Of a stretch of 64,000 bases of DNA, positions 25,323 to 34,293 are shown piece after piece. Location of the stretch: assembly GCA_019635875.1 (NCBI GenBank), contig JAHBYP010000008.1, positions 108,455-172,454 of the forward strand, written 5' to 3'. The notes under the pieces were generated by a model. The model ran no database searches and was not told where the DNA came from. It was given only the letters and a program-made list of their open reading frames with translations. This stretch comes from Alphaproteobacteria bacterium (GTDB taxonomy: Bacteria > Pseudomonadota > Alphaproteobacteria > Reyranellales > Reyranellaceae). Positions within the stretch are counted from its first letter, which is position 1, and each line of letters starts with the position of its first letter. The translations under genes were made by a program, and so were the position numbers.

Positions 25323-25807
25323 CAGTACGGCCGCCCGTCCTTGTGGGTGAACTGCCATTTGCCGTCAGCGCCCAGCACCGCCTGGATGTCGTCACGCGGA
25401 TAGCTGCCCTCGTCGCCGGGCGTGCGGTCGCCGACCTCGAGGATGAAGACATCGTCGCTGGTACGATTGACCAGCTGATGCGCCATGCCCTTGGCCGGGA
25501 AGCCGGCGCACATGCCGGGCTCGAGCTGCGTCTCGCCCTTTTCCGTCACCAGGGTCGGCTGGCCCTGCAGGATGTAGATGAACTCGTCCTGCTTGCTGTG
25601 GGTGTGCAGCAGCGCCGACTCGCCGCCCGGCGCCAGGCGCGTGAGGTTGACGCCGAAGTTCTTCAGCCCGAACACGTCGCCCAGCTGACGCTTCTCGCGT
25701 CGGGCCATGCGGCTGAAGAACGGCTCGGGATAGTTCGAAGGCTTGGTGCGTGGCGCGACCGACGCGGCAATGACGGCGGTCGGTGCTGGCTTCGTGCTGT
25801 CGTTCAT
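25322..25807 (-). CDS. Cupin domain protein
   Basis: The cupin motifs are GGESALLHTHSKQDEFIYILQG ... G.PAKGMAHQLVN. The protein is 161 aa long. Confidence 0.75.
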   Translation of the reverse strand: MNDSTKPAPTAVIAASVAPRTKPSNYPEPFFSRMARREKRQLGDVFGLKNFGVNLTRLAPGGESALLHTHSKQDEFIYILQGQPTLVTEKGETQLEPGMCAGFPAKGMAHQLVNRTSDDVFILEVGDRTPGDEGSYPRDDIQAVLGADGKWQFTHKDGRPY

Positions 25808-25962
25808 GGCGTGCGTGCTCCCGGCGGTCGGCGCTCATTCTGCGAAGCATTCGCCGCCTCCGCCAGACGGCGTCTGCCCCGCCGTCGCCATTTTCCTGCC
25901 TCGGCGCCGACGTGCGGGTGGTGTAGGGTAATCAGGTTCGCATCAGGGGAGCTTTGGGGCGG

Positions 25963-26421
25963 ATGCTGGCTCGAGGGGGAGTTCGCCGACAGGCCTGGAC
26001 GGTGGCGTTCGCGCTGTCCGTCCTCGTGGCAGCCATCCCGACCGCGCCGGCGAACGCGGAGCTGCTGGCCCAGCGCGGCCGGGTGGTCACCGAGCCGGAG
26101 CCGGCCGATCCCCGCGCCGCCCCGCCGCCACAGCGTCGGCCTGCGCCGCCCGTCAACACTCCGTCGCCACCTTCGCAACCACCGCAGCGCCAGCCGACCA
26201 AGCTGGTGACCGAGCCCGAGCCGGCGGGGCCCGGCGGCGGACCGGCATCGCCTGCCCCTTCCTGGGCACCGCCACCCCAGGCTCAGCCGCAGCCCCAGCC
26301 CCAGCCCCAGCCTGCCCCGCAACCGGCGCCGAGGCCGTCGCCGGCCAGTGATCCCAGTCCCCGGCCTGACATCAATCCGCCGTCGTCGGAAGCCTGCCGA
26401 CGGTTCCCCAATCTGTGCTGA
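25963..26421 (+). CDS. Secreted proline-rich low-complexity protein (hypothetical)
   Basis: The signal peptide is MLARGGVRRQAWTVAFALSVLVAAIPTAPANA. The unit VTEPEPA(D/G)P occurs twice. A (PQ)n run is encoded by the cagccc hexamer repeats. The C-terminus is CRRFPNLC. It lies immediately upstream of a zincin gene. Confidence 0.55.
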   Translation: MLARGGVRRQAWTVAFALSVLVAAIPTAPANAELLAQRGRVVTEPEPADPRAAPPPQRRPAPPVNTPSPPSQPPQRQPTKLVTEPEPAGPGGGPASPAPSWAPPPQAQPQPQPQPQPAPQPAPRPSPASDPSPRPDINPPSSEACRRFPNLC

Positions 26422-26436
26422 TCCCGGGAGCGAACC

Positions 26437-27204
26437 ATGTGGACGCGCCGTGAGACGATCTTCGGTGGAGCGTTGAGCATCCTGTGGGGCGTCGGCGCGA
26501 CCTGCGCGCACGCCAGGATCGGCGGCCATGAGGTGACTGGATGCATGCTGCCTGACCCGGCGGCCAACATCCTGCTCAACCGCAGCGCTCCGCCCTGGCT
26601 GTCGCTCAGCGGCAACGAGGAGATGTTCCCGAAATCGGGCGACGCGCAGTTCGACTACGCCCTGGCGCACACCCTGTCGGCGATGTCCGAGCTGCTGCAC
26701 GTGCTGCCCGGCTTCTGCTACTTCGACGATTCGGAGGCCATGAACGCCTATGCCACCAACCGCGTCAGGCTCAACCGCGGCGACGGCACGGTGCTGTTCG
26801 GCCAGCGCCTGCTGCGCCGGCTGATGGGCCAGAAGGAGCATCCCGACGTCAGCGTCGCCGCCGTCTGCGCCCATGAGTTCGGCCATATCCTGCAGTACAA
26901 GCGCGGCCTGACCGCCATCGTCGGCGCCGGCCAGCCGACGGTGAAGCGCGTCGAGCTGCAGGCCGATTTCTTCGCCGGCTACTTCGCCGGCGTGCGCAAG
27001 CTCTCGCGTCCACAATATCCGGCCGCCGTCTACGCGCTCACGCAGTACAATTTCGGCGACAACATGGTGAACTCGCCCAAGCATCACGGCCGGCCCGACG
27101 AGCGCGCCGCCGCCATCGTGCAGGGCTTCGAGACCGGCTTCCGGCAGCGCCGCGGCCTCGACGAAGCGATCGGCATCAGCATCAACTACGTCAAGCAGCT
27201 TTGA
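26437..27204 (+). CDS. Putative secreted zinc metallopeptidase (HExxH zincin), Tat-like signal
   Basis: The N-terminus is MWTRRETIFGGALSILWGVGATCAHA. The HEFGH motif lies at nt 26872-26886, followed by LQADFFAGY. Confidence 0.7.
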   Translation: MWTRRETIFGGALSILWGVGATCAHARIGGHEVTGCMLPDPAANILLNRSAPPWLSLSGNEEMFPKSGDAQFDYALAHTLSAMSELLHVLPGFCYFDDSEAMNAYATNRVRLNRGDGTVLFGQRLLRRLMGQKEHPDVSVAAVCAHEFGHILQYKRGLTAIVGAGQPTVKRVELQADFFAGYFAGVRKLSRPQYPAAVYALTQYNFGDNMVNSPKHHGRPDERAAAIVQGFETGFRQRRGLDEAIGISINYVKQL

Positions 27205-28322
27205 TGCCATCGGCGACGACCATCGCCGCGCTGCGCACGAGCCTGCTGCAGGTGCCCTTCGTCGGCGCGCCGCCGGCCAATGGCATCATGCCGCCGACGC
27301 ACCGCGAACTCCTGGTGCTGGAGATCGAGACGGCCGGCGGCATCACCGGCACGGGCTACCTGCAGCCGCTGTCGGGCGGGCTGCTCACGCTGGATGCCTG
27401 CCTCAGGGAGATGATCGCGCCCAAGGTACTGGGCCGCGACGCCACCGAGATCGAGGGCATCTGGACCACGTTGTGGAAGAGCACCTACTGGCTGGGCCGC
27501 GGCGGCATCGCCACCTTCTGCCAGTCGGCCGTCGACATCGCGCTGTGGGACATTCTGGGCAAGAAGGCCGGACTGCCGCTGCATCGCCTGTGGGGCAACG
27601 CGCGCGACAGGGTGCCGGCCTATGGCTCGGGTTGCTGGCGCGGGCTGGGCCGCGACGGCATGATCGAACGCGCCAGGTACTTCACCGGAATGGGCCTGAC
27701 GGCGATCAAGATGCAGGTGGCGCACATCAGGCCGTGGCGCGAAGACGTGAAGAACGTCCACGCCATGCGCGAGGCGCTGGGGCCCGACATCGAGATCATG
27801 ATCGACGTCAACATGGGCTGGAGTGCCGACACCGCGATCCAGGCCGGCCACCACATCGACGAGGCCGATCCCTACTGGCTCGAGGAGCCGGTGGTCTGCG
27901 AGGATTTCGAGGGCTACAAGCGCGTCGCCCAGGCGCTGAAGACTCGCGTGGTCGGCGGCGAGAGCCACTTCACGCGCTACGATTTGCGGCCGTTCTTCGT
28001 CAGCCCGCCCAGCACGCCGATCCTGCAGCCCGACCCGATGCGCGGCGGGCTCACCGAACTGCGCAAGATCGCCGCCGTCGCCGAGACCTGGGGCATCGCC
28101 ATCGCGCCGCATCTCTTCCACGAGCTGACGGTGCACCTGATGGCCTCGATCCCCAACGCCAACTACCTCGAGTACATGGACTGGAACGACGACCTGTGGG
28201 TCGAGCCGGCGATCCCGGTCGACGGCTTCCTGGTGCCGCCCGAAGCGCCCGGACACGGTCTGCGCTTCAGGCCCGAGATCCTCAGGGACTGCCGGGTCGG
28301 TGGTTTCGAGATCAAGACCTGA
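27204..28322 (+). CDS. Enolase-superfamily enzyme (mandelate racemase / muconate lactonizing family)
   Basis: The N-terminal capping domain reads LVLEIETAGGITGTGY, followed by DIALWDILGKKAGLPLHRLWG and barrel metal-ligand regions (IMIDVN, LEEP, GGES). The ATG at 27204 overlaps the upstream stop (TGATG). Confidence 0.85.
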   Translation: MPSATTIAALRTSLLQVPFVGAPPANGIMPPTHRELLVLEIETAGGITGTGYLQPLSGGLLTLDACLREMIAPKVLGRDATEIEGIWTTLWKSTYWLGRGGIATFCQSAVDIALWDILGKKAGLPLHRLWGNARDRVPAYGSGCWRGLGRDGMIERARYFTGMGLTAIKMQVAHIRPWREDVKNVHAMREALGPDIEIMIDVNMGWSADTAIQAGHHIDEADPYWLEEPVVCEDFEGYKRVAQALKTRVVGGESHFTRYDLRPFFVSPPSTPILQPDPMRGGLTELRKIAAVAETWGIAIAPHLFHELTVHLMASIPNANYLEYMDWNDDLWVEPAIPVDGFLVPPEAPGHGLRFRPEILRDCRVGGFEIKT

Positions 28323-28403
28323 TGCACAACGCGGCGTTCGCCGACAGGTGATGGACATGCGTGTCCGATCGCTCGAGTTCGAGTCATCGGCGCGCACCCC
28401 GTT

Positions 28404-29675
28404 TCAGGTCCGCAGGGCGATGGCCTCGAGGCCGGAGCTGTGGCGCTCGGTCAGGCGCATGCGCACCACCAGCGGCTTCACGCCGAACAGCTCGCCGAAG
28501 GCGGCGATCCAGTCCGGCTCCTCGGCCGCGGTAACGCCGATCACCCAGACGGAGCGGCGCCGCCGCAGCGTGCCCAGCCCGTCGGCGCCCAGCTTGCGGT
28601 CCTCGGCGAAGCGCTCGCAGAACTCCTCGAGGGTGATGTAGTCGCGTTCGCCCAGCCCGGGACGGATGTCGTCGATGATCACCAGCTGGGCGCGGCGCCA
28701 CTGCCAGTAGAGGATGTTCGGCGGGCCGGCATCGGCGGCATCGATCGCCTGCACGCGCTCGATCGGCCCGGCATAGGGGCCGCGCCCATGCGTGGCCCGC
28801 TGCGCCAGCGCCGACTGGGCGAGCTTGCTGAACGGCACGTAGCGCACCTTGGCGCCGGCGAAGGCGGCCTCGGTGCCGATCGCCGCGGCGAGGTCGGTCT
28901 TGCCGACGCCCAGCGGGCCCAGCAGCAGCAGGGGCCGCTCGGTCGTGCCGCCGTCGACCTTGCTCGCCCCGGCGATGTAGGCCTCGATGGTCGGGCCGGG
29001 GTCATCGGACACCGGGGGCGCGGCCGGCGCGAAGGCCACCTCGACGCGCGACAGGCGCGACAGGTAGGGCAGCGCCGCCTTCTGCCAGACGATCTTCTGG
29101 CGCAGCCACCACCACGCGCCGCTCAGCGCCAAGGCGCCGATCGCCACGACGATCGCGGTGCGCACCAGCATCGCCGGCGAGATGGCGATGTCGATGCCCA
29201 GGATGGTCCAGGTCCACGGCGCCAGCGCCGAGACCAAAGGCAACGGCATTGCCACGACGACACCGATCAGCAGGCCGGCCAGCATGTACAGCGTGGCCGT
29301 GGTCGCGTTGCGGATCAGCAGCTTGCGATCTACGGCGAAGTAGCGATTGGCGCCGACGTTGAACTTGTGGAAGTCCTTGACCTCCTTGAGCGCCGGGATG
29401 GCGCCGAGCAGCGCCGCGGCGACCAGCCAGTGCCACCACACCGAAAGCGCGCCGAAGATCGAGACCAGCGCCCCGGCGACGGCGGCGATCAGCAGGCCGA
29501 TGCCGATATGGCCCATCTGGTCAGCCATCCAGAGATAGGAATAGGTCGCCGCGCTCTGGACCTCCTTGTCGATCAGGTCGACCTTGATCTGATGGCGGAT
29601 GTCGGCCGCCTCGATCACCGGTGGCCCAGGCGTCTCGTCCCGTTCCAGGACGTCGCAGGTGGCGTTGTTGGCCAT
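28404..29675 (-). CDS. Membrane-anchored P-loop NTPase (hypothetical): N-terminal multi-TM domain plus C-terminal AAA/DnaC-like ATPase
   Basis: About 4-5 hydrophobic helices occupy aa 55-200. Walker A is LLLLGPLGVGKTDLAAAIG and Walker B-like is QLVIIDDI. I do not recognise a named family. Confidence 0.7.
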   Translation of the reverse strand: MANNATCDVLERDETPGPPVIEAADIRHQIKVDLIDKEVQSAATYSYLWMADQMGHIGIGLLIAAVAGALVSIFGALSVWWHWLVAAALLGAIPALKEVKDFHKFNVGANRYFAVDRKLLIRNATTATLYMLAGLLIGVVVAMPLPLVSALAPWTWTILGIDIAISPAMLVRTAIVVAIGALALSGAWWWLRQKIVWQKAALPYLSRLSRVEVAFAPAAPPVSDDPGPTIEAYIAGASKVDGGTTERPLLLLGPLGVGKTDLAAAIGTEAAFAGAKVRYVPFSKLAQSALAQRATHGRGPYAGPIERVQAIDAADAGPPNILYWQWRRAQLVIIDDIRPGLGERDYITLEEFCERFAEDRKLGADGLGTLRRRRSVWVIGVTAAEEPDWIAAFGELFGVKPLVVRMRLTERHSSGLEAIALRT

Positions 29676-29732
29676 GACATCCCCCCCGCCGCGACCGCGG
29701 CGGTTGAGTATGTCATGGCTTGGTAGCGCGAC

Positions 29733-30149
29733 CTACTTCTTGATCGGCGCGCCCAGCGACCAGACATGGCCGAAGGGATCGCGCAGCTTGGCGTAGCGGT
29801 CGCCCCAGAACATGTCCTCGGGCGTCATCAGGCCGGTGGCGCCGGCATCGATCGCCTGCCTGTAGGTCTTGTCGACATCGGGCGCATAGAGATGGATGGT
29901 CACGGTGCTCTTGCCCAGCGCCTTCGGATTGCTGGTGCCGCCCATCTCGGCATACTCGGGGAAGCTGTCATGCAGCATGATCACGCCATCGCCGATCCTG
30001 ATCGATGCGTGCATCAGCCGCTTGCCGTCCTGGGCCGGCATGCGGACCATCTCCACGGCGTCGAACGCCTTCTTGTAGAAGTCGAGCGCCGCAGCAGCGC
30101 CATCGACGTCGAGATGCGGCATGACGTGGGGCTGGGGTGCGTCGGCCAT
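29733..30149 (-). CDS. VOC (glyoxalase/bleomycin-resistance, PhnB-like) family protein
   Basis: The protein shows MPHLDVDGAAAALDFYKKAF ... FWGDRYAKLRDPFGHVWSL. It is 138 aa long. Confidence 0.8.
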   Translation of the reverse strand: MADAPQPHVMPHLDVDGAAAALDFYKKAFDAVEMVRMPAQDGKRLMHASIRIGDGVIMLHDSFPEYAEMGGTSNPKALGKSTVTIHLYAPDVDKTYRQAIDAGATGLMTPEDMFWGDRYAKLRDPFGHVWSLGAPIKK

Positions 30150-30161
30150 GGTCGTTGTCTC

Positions 30162-30815
30162 CTAGGAAGCGGCCGCGGAAGCCGTGTGCGCGGCCATGAT
30201 CTCGCGCAGCGCGGGCATGGGATCGGTGGCGCGCACGCTGGCGCGCCCGCCCATGTCGCGCGCCCAGCGCACGATCGAGGGATGGCTGCGGTCGGCGATG
30301 GCGGCCAGCTCGGGCGCTTCGGGCACGTAGAACATGATCGGCACCAGGAAGAAATCGGCCAGCGAAGGCTGATCGCCGACGAGATACCGGTTGGCGGCGA
30401 GCTCGGCCTCGATCGGCCGCCACAGCTCCGCCACCTGCGCGAGGCTGGCGCGCACGCTCTCTTCCGGCGCCGGACGCAGGCCGAAGCGCGGCAGCAGGAT
30501 ACCGCGCGAGATCGTGCCGTAGAGGTAGTCGCACACCACGCTGATCCACTGGTACATGCGCGCGCGCTTCAGGGGATCGGCCGGGATCAGCGCGGGGCCG
30601 CTGCCGATGGCGTCAAACCAGGTGGTGATCGCCAGGGTCTCGTAGACCACCGTGGCCCCCAGGCGCGCCACGGGCATTCGGCGGTAGGGATGTGCCGCCG
30701 CGCCGGCCTCCTCCGGCGGCAGCAGGTCGTAGTCCAGGCCCTTCTCGTGCGCCACCAGGCGCGTGGCGCGCACGAAAGTGCTCGGTGCGAAGCCGTGGAT
30801 CTTGAGCTCGGCCAT
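30162..30815 (-). CDS. Glutathione S-transferase family protein
   Basis: The N-terminus MAELKIHGFAPSTFVRATRLVAHEKGLDYDL is thioredoxin-like, followed by a helical C-domain. The start at 30815 is preceded by GAGGAGGA. Confidence 0.8.
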   Translation of the reverse strand: MAELKIHGFAPSTFVRATRLVAHEKGLDYDLLPPEEAGAAAHPYRRMPVARLGATVVYETLAITTWFDAIGSGPALIPADPLKRARMYQWISVVCDYLYGTISRGILLPRFGLRPAPEESVRASLAQVAELWRPIEAELAANRYLVGDQPSLADFFLVPIMFYVPEAPELAAIADRSHPSIVRWARDMGGRASVRATDPMPALREIMAAHTASAAAS

Positions 30816-30826
30816 GCTTGTCCTCC

Positions 30827-31306
30827 TCAGGCGGTCTTCGGCTCTTGTCCGGCCAGCAGGCGGTCGAGGCACTCAAAACCGCTGTCCCAGCCCTCGGTGT
30901 GACTCCTGGTGCCCTCCTCGTCGCGGAACAGGCCCTGAGTGAAGACCATGTCGGTCTCCTCGCCGCGATCGACCAGCTCGACGCTGACGATCGTCTCGTG
31001 CTCGCGCGGCGCTGCGGGATCGCCGGACTCGTGCCACGCCCAGGTGAACTCCAGGGTCGAGGGACGCTTCACCTTGAGGAACCGGCCGCTGACCGAATGC
31101 ATGCGCTGCGGCCCTTTCATGGTCGCCGACCAGGCGCCGCCCTCGCGCACGTCGAGCGCGCAGCGCGTGGTGCGGTAATGATCCGGGCCGAACCACCGGG
31201 CGAACGTCGCGCCGTCGGTCCACGCATTGAACACCATCTCGCGCGGCGCCTTGAAGCGCCTGACGATGCGCAATCGCCTGGTGTCAAGCTCGGTGACGCC
31301 GTCCAT
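30827..31306 (-). CDS. SRPBCC / AHSA1 (Aha1-like) domain protein
   Basis: The protein shows LRIVRRFKAPREMVFNAWTD...ARWFGP ... GWDSGFECLDRLL. The ATG at 31306 is preceded by GGAAGAGG. The track start at 31327 is GTG. Confidence 0.8.
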   Translation of the reverse strand: MDGVTELDTRRLRIVRRFKAPREMVFNAWTDGATFARWFGPDHYRTTRCALDVREGGAWSATMKGPQRMHSVSGRFLKVKRPSTLEFTWAWHESGDPAAPREHETIVSVELVDRGEETDMVFTQGLFRDEEGTRSHTEGWDSGFECLDRLLAGQEPKTA

Positions 31307-31340
31307 GATCGACCTCTTCCGCGACACGCGGTATGCTGTT

Positions 31341-31358
31341 ATTAACTCCTCGGTTAAG
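31341..31358. promoter_or_regulatory. Short AT-rich inverted repeat in a divergent promoter region
   Basis: The repeat is TTAAC-N6-GTTAA within gttattaactcctcggttaagtaaacg. It lies between the SRPBCC operon start (31306) and the DUF899 gene start (31405). Confidence 0.2.
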
Positions 31359-31404
31359 TAAACGTCTCCCTGTCCCGAGTCAAGCGGCCACGTATGGAGG
31401 ACTC

Positions 31405-32109
31405 ATGACCAGGACCGTCGATCGCGGCGATTGGCTCGACGCCCGCCGCGCGCTGCTGCGCAAGGAGAAGGACCTCACCCGCCTGCGCGACGAGGTCGCG
31501 GCGCTGCGTCGCGCCCTGCCGCGCGTGCGCATCGACAAGGACTACGTGTTCGCCGGACCGTCCGGCCCGGTGAGCCTGGGCGCGCTCTTCGCCGGTCGCA
31601 GCCAGCTCATCGTCTATCACTTCATGCTCGGGCCGGACTGGAACGAGCCGTGCAAGAGCTGCTCGTTCTGGGCCGAGCATCACGACGCCACGCGCGTGCA
31701 TCTGGCGCATCGCGATGTCGAGCTGGCCGCGGTGTCGCGTGCGCCTGTCGAGAAGATCGAGCGGTTCAAGCAGCGCTTCGGCTGGCGCTTCCCCTGGGTG
31801 TCGTCGCTGGGCAGCGACTTCAACTTCGACTTCGCCGTGTCGTTCCCGCCCGACGACGGCAGGCCGCGCCAGCCCAACTACAATTTCGGCACTCAGACCT
31901 TCGGCGGCGGCGAGGCGCCGGGGCTCAGCGTGTTCATGCGCGATGCCGACGGCGCGATCTTCCACACCTACTCGACCTATTCACGCGGCCTGGACGCGCT
32001 CAACGGCACCTACCAGCTGCTCGATCTGGTGCCCAAGGGCCGCGACGAAGAAGGGCTGGACTTTCCGATGGCCTGGGTGCGCCTGAAGGATCGCTACGAC
32101 CCGACGTGA
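31405..32109 (+). CDS. DUF899 thioredoxin-like family protein
   Basis: The protein shows WLDARRALLRKEKDLTRLRDEVAALRRALP...YVF..PSGPVSLGALF..SQLIVYHFM..W..PCKSCSFW. The ATG at 31405 follows GGAGGA. Confidence 0.8.
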   Translation: MTRTVDRGDWLDARRALLRKEKDLTRLRDEVAALRRALPRVRIDKDYVFAGPSGPVSLGALFAGRSQLIVYHFMLGPDWNEPCKSCSFWAEHHDATRVHLAHRDVELAAVSRAPVEKIERFKQRFGWRFPWVSSLGSDFNFDFAVSFPPDDGRPRQPNYNFGTQTFGGGEAPGLSVFMRDADGAIFHTYSTYSRGLDALNGTYQLLDLVPKGRDEEGLDFPMAWVRLKDRYDPT

Positions 32110-32717
32110 GCGGAGGCTGCCACCGCGCGCCGCGCGACGACGAAGTCGAGGATGTCCGGCACCGCGTGATCGATGGTGAGCTCGGCCGGCTTGTGGCTGC
32201 TGGCGCGCAGGCTCGTGCCAAGCCCGTCGCTTTCGGCGCGCCAGCCGGATGCCTGCCACGACAGCCACGGCACGAAGGTGGCGCGGCCGCGCACCGCCGG
32301 CTTGCGCCGCGCATTGCCGGTGTTGAACGGCGCCACCGCTGCGCGCACGGCGTGACGCGCCAGCAGCGCCCCGGCGTCGATCGTCAGCACGATCTGCGCC
32401 GTGCGCCGGCAGGCGTGCAGGTGCCGCGCGACGCGCTCCTCGTCGAACCAGAAGAAGACCTTGCCGTTGAGCAGCGCGTACCACTGAGTCGGCGTCACGC
32501 CGCGCAGGCAGGGCTTCAACGCCGCCGGCGGCATCGGCGACTGATCGCGGATCACCGTGCCGTCGCTCAGCACGGCGCGCACCGGGCGATGCTGCTCGAC
32601 CGCCGCACGATCCTCCGGCCGCGCACCGGCACGCTCGAACAACGCGCGCGCCGACAGCAGGCCATCGCGCTCGATCGACGGCCAGTTGTCAGCCTCGGCG
32701 ATGTGATAGACGCGCAT
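32094..32717 (-). CDS. Hypothetical protein with a DarT/DUF4433-like ADP-ribosyltransferase-fold N-terminal signature
   Basis: MRVYHIAEADNWPSIERDGLLSA resembles the YH..........G.L start of ART-fold enzymes of the DarT clade. A candidate catalytic Glu sits in KPAELTIDHAVP near the C-terminus. The start is re-set to 32717. The upstream part of the track ORF is REP-derived. Confidence 0.6.
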   Translation of the reverse strand: MRVYHIAEADNWPSIERDGLLSARALFERAGARPEDRAAVEQHRPVRAVLSDGTVIRDQSPMPPAALKPCLRGVTPTQWYALLNGKVFFWFDEERVARHLHACRRTAQIVLTIDAGALLARHAVRAAVAPFNTGNARRKPAVRGRATFVPWLSWQASGWRAESDGLGTSLRASSHKPAELTIDHAVPDILDFVVARRAVAASAHVGS

Positions 32718-32723
32718 CAAACT

Positions 32724-32847
32724 ACCTTCCCCCGGAGGGGGAAGCCGGCGCGGAGCGACGGAAGGGGGATGTTGAAGACGAACGCGGGAGTCCGTCTTTG
32801 ACATCCCCCATCCACCCTTCGGGCACCTTCCCCCTCCGGGGGAAGGT
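32724..32847. repeat. Nested palindromic intergenic element (family A variant, CCTTCCCCC..GGGGGAAGG arms)
   Basis: accttcccccggagggggaag...gggggatgt pairs with acatcccccatcc...caccttccccctccgggggaaggt. A second copy lies at 42792-42912. Confidence 0.75.
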
Positions 32848-32855
32848 ATCAAAGG

Positions 32856-34187
32856 TCAGCCCCGCTTCCACACCGTGCCTTTCGGGCCGTCCTCGAGCAC
32901 CACGCCCTTCGCCGCGAGATCGTCGCGGATGCGGTCGGCCTCGGCGAAGTTCCTCGCCTTGCGCGCCGCCTGCCGCGCGGCGATCGCCGTGTCGATCTCG
33001 GCCTCGGTCGGCCCGCTGGTGCCCGCGGGCGTCCAGCGGAACCAGGCCTCGGGATCCTGCTGCAGCACGCCGAGCGCCAGCGCGCCGGCCCGCAGCCGGG
33101 CGGAATCGTCGAGCTGGTGGATCGCGCTGATCGCCAGCGGCGTGTTGAGGTCGTCCGACAATGCGTCCTCGACCGAGGACGGCACCGCGTCGAGCACCGC
33201 CACCGGCTTGCCGCGCAGCTGACCGTACCAGCGATCGAGCGTCGCCTTGGCCTGCACCAGCCCCTCATGCGTGAAGTCGAGCGGCTGGCGGTAGTGGGCC
33301 GACAGCAGCAGCAGGCGGATCGCCTCGCCGGGATACTGCTCGAGCAGCTCGTGCACGGTGAAGAAGTTGCCCAGCGACTTGCTCATCTTCTCGCCCGAGA
33401 TGTTGAGGAAGCCGTTGTGCATCCAGTACTTCGCCATCAGGCCGTGGCCGAAGGCGCAGCGGCTCTGGGCGATCTCGTTCTCGTGGTGCGGGAAGATCAG
33501 GTCGAGGCCGCCGGCATGGATGTCGAAGGTCTCGCCCAGATGCTCGGCGCTCATCGCCGAGCACTCGATGTGCCAGCCCGGGCGGCCGCGGCCCCAGGGG
33601 CTGGCCCAGCCCGGCTGGTCCGGCGTCGAGGGCTTCCACAGCACGAAGTCGGCGGGATCCTTCTTGTAGGGCGCGACCTCGACGCGCGCACCGGCCACCA
33701 GCTCGTCGCGCGTTCGCCGCGAGAGGCGGCCGTAGTCGTGCATCGAGGGCACGCTGAACAGCACGTGGCCCTCGGCGGCGTAGGCGTGGCCCTTGGCGAC
33801 CAGGCGCTCGATGATGCCGACCATCTGCGCCACGAACTCGGTGGCGCGCGGCTCGAAGTCCGGCGGCAGCGCGCCGAGCCGCTTCATGTCACCCTGGTAG
33901 GCGTCGGCGGTGCGCGTGGTCAGCGCCTCGATGCTCTCGCCGTTGTCGGCGGCGCGCGTCATGATGCGGTCGTCGATGTCGGTGATGTTGCGCACGTAGG
34001 TGACGCGTGGATAGCGCCGCCTCAGCAGGCGGTAGAGCACGTCGAAGGCGACGACCGGCCGCGCGTTGCCGATATGCACGTAGTCGTAGACGGTCGGGCC
34101 GCAGACATACATGCGCACATGCGAGGGATCGAGCGGCGCGAACGGTTCCTTCTCGCGCGTCAGCGTGTTGTGGATGAGCAGCGACAC
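32856..34187 (-). CDS. cysS: Cysteine--tRNA ligase
   Basis: The protein shows [19 protein letters not shown] (HIGH motif), the KMSKS motif [10 protein letters not shown] and a DALR-like C-terminus. The start is GTG. Confidence 0.95.
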   Translation of the reverse strand: MSLLIHNTLTREKEPFAPLDPSHVRMYVCGPTVYDYVHIGNARPVVAFDVLYRLLRRRYPRVTYVRNITDIDDRIMTRAADNGESIEALTTRTADAYQGDMKRLGALPPDFEPRATEFVAQMVGIIERLVAKGHAYAAEGHVLFSVPSMHDYGRLSRRTRDELVAGARVEVAPYKKDPADFVLWKPSTPDQPGWASPWGRGRPGWHIECSAMSAEHLGETFDIHAGGLDLIFPHHENEIAQSRCAFGHGLMAKYWMHNGFLNISGEKMSKSLGNFFTVHELLEQYPGEAIRLLLLSAHYRQPLDFTHEGLVQAKATLDRWYGQLRGKPVAVLDAVPSSVEDALSDDLNTPLAISAIHQLDDSARLRAGALALGVLQQDPEAWFRWTPAGTSGPTEAEIDTAIAARQAARKARNFAEADRIRDDLAAKGVVLEDGPKGTVWKRG

Positions 34188-34293
34188 GGGAAACTCCGGG
34201 ATTCAAGACGGCAGGACGCGCGCGGCGACGTGATCGCCCGCGTTGATCGAACCCCTCAGGCGGGGCCGCCCTCCCTACATCGCCGTCCGAACG

